A DNA stretch of 64,000 bases from NCBI RefSeq assembly GCF_032191835.1, contig NC_083223.1, forward strand, positions 76,260,001 to 76,324,000, given 5' to 3'. This DNA comes from Heteronotia binoei. Lineage: Eukaryota. The notes under the pieces are model-generated. The model saw nothing but the letters and a program-made list of their open reading frames with translations. It did no database searches and was not told the DNA's origin. The position numbers and the translations under genes were made by a program. Positions 59,254 to 64,000 of this stretch are shown one piece after another (position 1 is the first letter of the stretch; every line of letters begins with the position of its first letter).

Positions 59254-59791
59254 TTTGTTTTCAGGCTGTTCTTTTTCTGTGAGATGATCATTTATATTCA
59301 TTTTTGCTGAGTTAAATGGAATTTGGAAAGAGTCCTTTAGTTTTTACTTTCGTTTAAACAGTAGAAACAATTTACTTGCAAATGTTACTACATATTATAC
59401 TGTCAAAGGCAGAAGATAATTTAAAGCCAAGTAGCATTGATTTCTCATGTTTTTATGCTACTTAAGTTCTAGCACAATTTCGGCAGCAGGTATTTTGTGT
59501 TATCAGTGCCGATCAAATCACTTGTAGCCATGGTACAGAATCCTCAAACAGTATGATGAATTCTTTGGTTCTTGCTGTCATTTGTTTGCATGAAGTCTGG
59601 GAGAACTTTACTCAGCATTGTCTGTGAAGATTCTGAAATAGAGGATTGTCATAGCTATGTCTAAGCCATCTTTAGTATCACAGCATTTGTTTAAAAACTG
59701 GACAATCCCTCCAGTTCTCTTAACTGAATTAGGTCAGAAGACAAGTCTCTCAACAACGATGGATGATGTCATGAATTGGAGGTGTGACCAG

Positions 59792-59985
59792 CAATGTTCC
59801 CTCTAAGCTGCAGTGATTTGTGAGCAAAAATTCTACTTTATGAGCTACTGGTATTAAAATTATGAGCTACTGACACTAAAGTTGTGAGCTACTGCATAAA
59901 TTATTGTGCTCTGGGGCCATTTTTCCTGTGCTAAGACAAAAATCTGTGAGCTAGCTCATGCTAACTCAGTTTAGAGGGAACACTG
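59792..59985. mobile_element. hAT MITE (cagtgttccctctaa family)
   Basis: TIRs present, TSD gtgaccag, opposite orientation to the 44059 copy. Confidence 0.88.
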
Positions 59986-60450
59986 GTGACCAGTAAAAAT
60001 TCCTTTTCCAGAATTCTCTGGTGTAAAAAAAACGTTTTTAGTTGGTTCCTAAAGACTGGCTAGGGCAAACCAAGATTGTGACAAGTCCCTTATTTACTAC
60101 TCAGGTCTGCTGTATGTCTCTCATGGAATGTGTGTTTAGAATGTAGCTGCAGGAATCGAAATTTACACTTGCACCTTCTTAGAGGTCGGCAGCTCCCACA
60201 TTAGAATACCATTATCTATTGCTGTGCTTTGTGAGAATTGTTGATGTAACTTTTGACCTTTGTAGTTTGAAGTGCCTGCGTGCTCTGAATTAGGCGTGCT
60301 GTTAACTGTCAGCAACTGCCCTATATAACCTTTGCTATGTTTGAACTGGAGCAGTTTCTACACCAGTGTCTGAAGTATGCCATGCTACTTTCTAATAAAA
60401 TGCTTATTTGAAATTACAAAGAGCCTCATTTATTGAAGGACTTGGGGACT

Positions 60451-60779
60451 TAGGGCTGCTAAGCCCCCGGTCCGGGCGGGATTCCCCCGCCTGGGAGGTT
60501 CCCAACCCACCGACCCACATTGGGCCGGCGGGGGGAATCTCCCCCTACGTCACCAGCACAATGACGTCACCCGGAAGTGACATCATCTCGGCAGCATGCG
60601 GCAGCCTCTCTAGGCGTTTCTGGGAAAACTCTATGGTTTTCCCGGAAATGCCTAGAACAGCCACGTATGACATTGCTGGTGTGATGACGTCACTTCCGGG
60701 TGATGTCATTGCGTTGCGCACGCACTTTACGCATGCCCAAAAGCCCCCACTGGAGAACGCAGGGGACTTGGCAACCCTA
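60451..60779. mobile_element. hAT MITE with tagggttgcc-type TIRs and a CpG-rich palindromic core
   Basis: TIRs tagggctgct / ggcaacccta with TSD tggggact. Confidence 0.85.
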
Positions 60780-60924
60780 TGGGGACTTGACAGATTGGTT
60801 TATATTCCTTATTTCTTCAAGGAGAGCAGTGTTAAAGTTGTAATAGATGCAGTTTGAGACATTAGTGTTTTTATTTTGTTGTGTCCTTTTCATGGCTTCC
60901 TTACCGTAAATCATATTAAATATA

Positions 60925-61045
60925 AATTCAGGTGGCTAGCTGTGTTGGTCTGAAGCAACAGAACAAAGACTGAGTCCAGTAGCACCTTTAAGACCAACAA
61001 AGTGCATGAAAACTTATATCCAAAATTAAACGTTGTTGGTCTTAA
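60925..61045. mobile_element. Penelope-like inverted terminal fragment
   Basis: tccagtagcacctttaagaccaacaa ... ttgttggtcttaagggtgccactgga arms. Confidence 0.65.
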
Positions 61046-62811
61046 GGGTGCCACTGGACAAAAACTTTATTATATTAATGTTATGTTTCTTTTCATATCT
61101 TTGTAGGGTTTGTCTCACTTGGCTATTTGGGTATGGTGTGGGGCACAGCCTCTGTATAGAGAGGGAGAGCCCAAGGAAGTGGGGATCCTTCTGGCACAAA
61201 TCACAGGGAGGAAGGGAATCCAGAACTGCCCCCACATAAGGTAAGAACCTTAGTGGCGGCAGATAGGTTTGCCTCCATCATGGCACTTGAAGAGATTGCA
61301 GGGAAGGGCATTAAAAGGTGTGAAGACAGGCTATACCTCACCAGAAGCAACCCCTCTGCTGTGTGCCAGGCTACACGCTCAGAGTAAGGTTGTTACAACT
61401 GGGAAGGAAGGCTTGTAACCAGCTTCCATATAGTTTTGCACAAATGTAGAAAATGCATTGGTTGTAGTATTGGACATAATCAACCAGATATCTTACTAGC
61501 TGAGACTTCCTGGATAACAGTTCCGAAATATATAGCTCTGAATTCTCAAGCTCAGTCAAATTCAGTCCATTGAAACTACGTGATGAGCACAGGAGATTAA
61601 TTCCAAAACAAACAAAAAAGTATGCCTCTTGTTTTCATCATGTTTAGGGTCTCCTAAAAACACATAATAAGGAAAATGTTTATTGTTTTAGGAGCTGAAT
61701 GTTAAGAACTTAGTCTGGGGAAAATATTTAAATTTTTAGACACCAGCATAATCTAAGAACATATCTCCCATTTATATCAACAGCCTGTTGAGTGGCAGTT
61801 TGATTCCTGAAAGGTATGCTTCCTAAGATTCCAGTAGAAATAAACTTCAGAACCACATATTCCAATCTTAAAATATCTGTTTTGTGTGCCTCTGTTTCTG
61901 CAGATCTTGTGATTATAGTCTGCCTTTTTCTGTACCTGGTTGTTTCACGTCTGTGTCTTTCTCTGCACACTTTTCTGGTTCATGATAATTAAAAAAGTGT
62001 CTGTGTTTGGCTACGGCTCATTTCCTTCCTTCTGTGAAAGTATAAAGGAGTAAAATCTGTTCTCATTTTATTTCATTTAACTGATAACCTTCTTTATTAA
62101 TTCCACAAGCTCATGTTTTAATATCTGTCTAGAATGGAACAGTTCCTTGTAATGATGAGTGACAGTATAAAAAGCTACATTTCTGAGACAGGAAAAAACT
62201 GCTCAGTAGAGTGAACAGGGAAATCTTTGTGCATAGGCCATCTAGGAAAATGTAAACATAACAAAAGTTGTCTAGTTACATCTTCCAAGCTTTCTTGTGT
62301 TAACCCCTCCTCTCAAGTATGTTTAATGTTAACCCGCTAGCTTTGCCTATGAGTAGCTGTAGTTTGGAAAATGAGCCCTGTTGGGTTTTTTTTATCGTAG
62401 TCTTAAGCAGCTATTGTCTTCAATGTACAGTGCAGTCTTAAACAGATTTACACCTTCCTAAATCCATAGATTTTGAAGAGTTCAAGTCTGTTTAGAATTT
62501 CACAATTAGACGTGCACAGCTAAATATATGTTTATTTTTGTGCCGTCTTTCCACCCAGTCAGAGTCTACATGGCAGCAAACATAAAAACATTTAAACAAT
62601 TAAAATACAGTTTAAAATATAAATGGCAGTTAAAAATGCATAATTAAATGATGGCAGAAGGAGGGCCAAAAAACATTCTTGAACAAAAAAGTCTTCACCT
62701 GCTAGCGAAAGATACCAATGGAGAAAGACAGATGAATCTTCCTGGAGAGAGGGCGTTCCAAAGCCTGCTGAGAGAGAAAAGTCTTTTCACTTGAGTTTCT
62801 GATCTCACTTC

Positions 62812-63010
62812 AACATAAGAGCATAAGAGAAGCCATGTTGGATCAGGCCAATGGCCCATCCAGTCCAACACTGTGTCATACAGTGGCCAAAAACAAAACA
62901 AAAAAACCCAAGTGCCATCAGGAGGCTCACAAGTGGGGCTAGAAGCCCTTCCACTTTGCACCCCCCCAGCACCAAAAATTCAAAGCATCACTGCCCCAGA
63001 CAGAGAGTTC
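62812..63010 (-). mobile_element. CR1 3' UTR fragment
   Basis: aacataagagcataagagaagccatgttggatcaggccaatggcccatccagtccaacac is the reverse complement of the CR1 tail. Confidence 0.85.
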
Positions 63011-63688
63011 CAAACCTTTTGTCTTCTGTCAATAATACCTCCAGGTGTATCTATATCAGTATTTCCTGTCAATACTTTGTCTCCAACCCCCAAATCTCCT
63101 GCTCCACCTCAGATATTACTTACTCTTCTGGCCGTCTTCAACCAATCCAATCATGCTACTTAGTTTCAATTCTTCTTACCCTACGTTTTTAGCTATGGGT
63201 TATTAGCTGCACCCAGCACCCTGGTTTCCTGAGACTGTTTTCTCAGAAAAAAACATCAACTTGCTCCTACTCTCATTGTCGCACCACTTCATAATCCCAT
63301 CTTGCATTGTTCCAAGGAACATCCTGACCACCTCTGCCTCAGGATATGTTTTTGCCTACTTAAGGAGGCACTGGACATGCTCATTGTGTCCTGTCTTGGC
63401 ACCTTCAGACTCACATCCCCAAACTCTGCTTGGGAACCTCCTCAGAAGAGGGTTGATTTTTCTGTTGTCCTTCTTTATGGACTTCTACTCACTGGACAGG
63501 TAGCTAAAAATACCTCTTTTTACCCACAAATCTTACCCCATCTGCTTAATTAAAAACCTATATTTCTGGTGTTCATGTGTGTGTGTGAGTTTAATTGTGT
63601 GTTTTTATCATATTTTATTTTTAATAAAATTCCTTTCTTACAATTGGCTTGGCTGCTTCAAAAATATCTCTCTCTGAACAAGTACTGG

Positions 63689-63888
63689 CAGAGTTTTTTT
63701 TGTAGAAAAAGCCCAGCAGGAACTCATTTACATATTAGACCACACCCTTGATATCGCCATTGTTTCGCACAGGACTTTTTTGTAGAAAAAGCCTGGAAAG
63801 AACTCATTTGCATATTAGGCCACACACACCCTGACACCAAGCCAGCTGGAACTGCGTTCCTGTGCATTCCTGCTCAAAAAAAGCCCTG
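63689..63888. mobile_element. hAT MITE (cagggcttt family) with an internal tandem unit; another copy starts near 63910
   Basis: Termini cagagttttttt / aaaaaaagccctg with TSD agtactgg. Confidence 0.8.
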
Positions 63889-64000
63889 AGTACTGGTATA
63901 TACTTTATGGCAGAGCTTTTTTTGTAGCAGAAACTCCTTTGCATATTAGGCCACACACCCCTGATGTAGCCATTCCTCCACGATCTTACAGGGCTCTTAT

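Noticed and set aside
63010-63560. Possible LINE endonuclease remnant on the minus strand
   Set aside because: Manual translation was too interrupted to support a call.
40982-64000. Further MEI4 exons (expected to start near FQVQ.Y)
   Set aside because: Manual inspection of plausible acceptors gave early stops or no similarity; they probably lie beyond the window, though a diverged exon could have been missed.

Overview
Vertebrate genomic DNA, most likely a gecko-type squamate (inferred from the SINE, CR1, BovB and MITE repertoire; not verified). The window holds the 5' part of one host gene on the + strand, MEI4 (meiotic double-strand-break factor): coding exons at 32127-32372 and 40425-40981, plus a candidate first exon near 571-610. 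Later exons were not found and probably lie beyond the window. Most of the rest is transposon-derived: CR1, L2, L1, RTE-BovB, tRNA- and 5S-derived SINEs, Penelope-like fragments with minimal hammerhead ribozyme cores, and many hAT and Harbinger MITEs with intact target-site duplications. The standout is an apparently intact, young 5.3-kb DIRS-type tyrosine-recombinase retrotransposon (32952-38256) in a MEI4 intron. It has identical 98-bp ITRs, a perfect internal complementary region, gag, RT-RNaseH-methyltransferase and YR ORFs. Gag and the YR ORF share one reading frame and are separated by a single UGA in a CUA-CGG readthrough context, suggesting a 1523-aa Gag-recombinase fusion bridged by about 1.9 kb of dual-coding sequence. 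One assembly gap lies at 31473-31635. Coordinates of degraded repeats are approximate, and family names come from recall, not from a database search.
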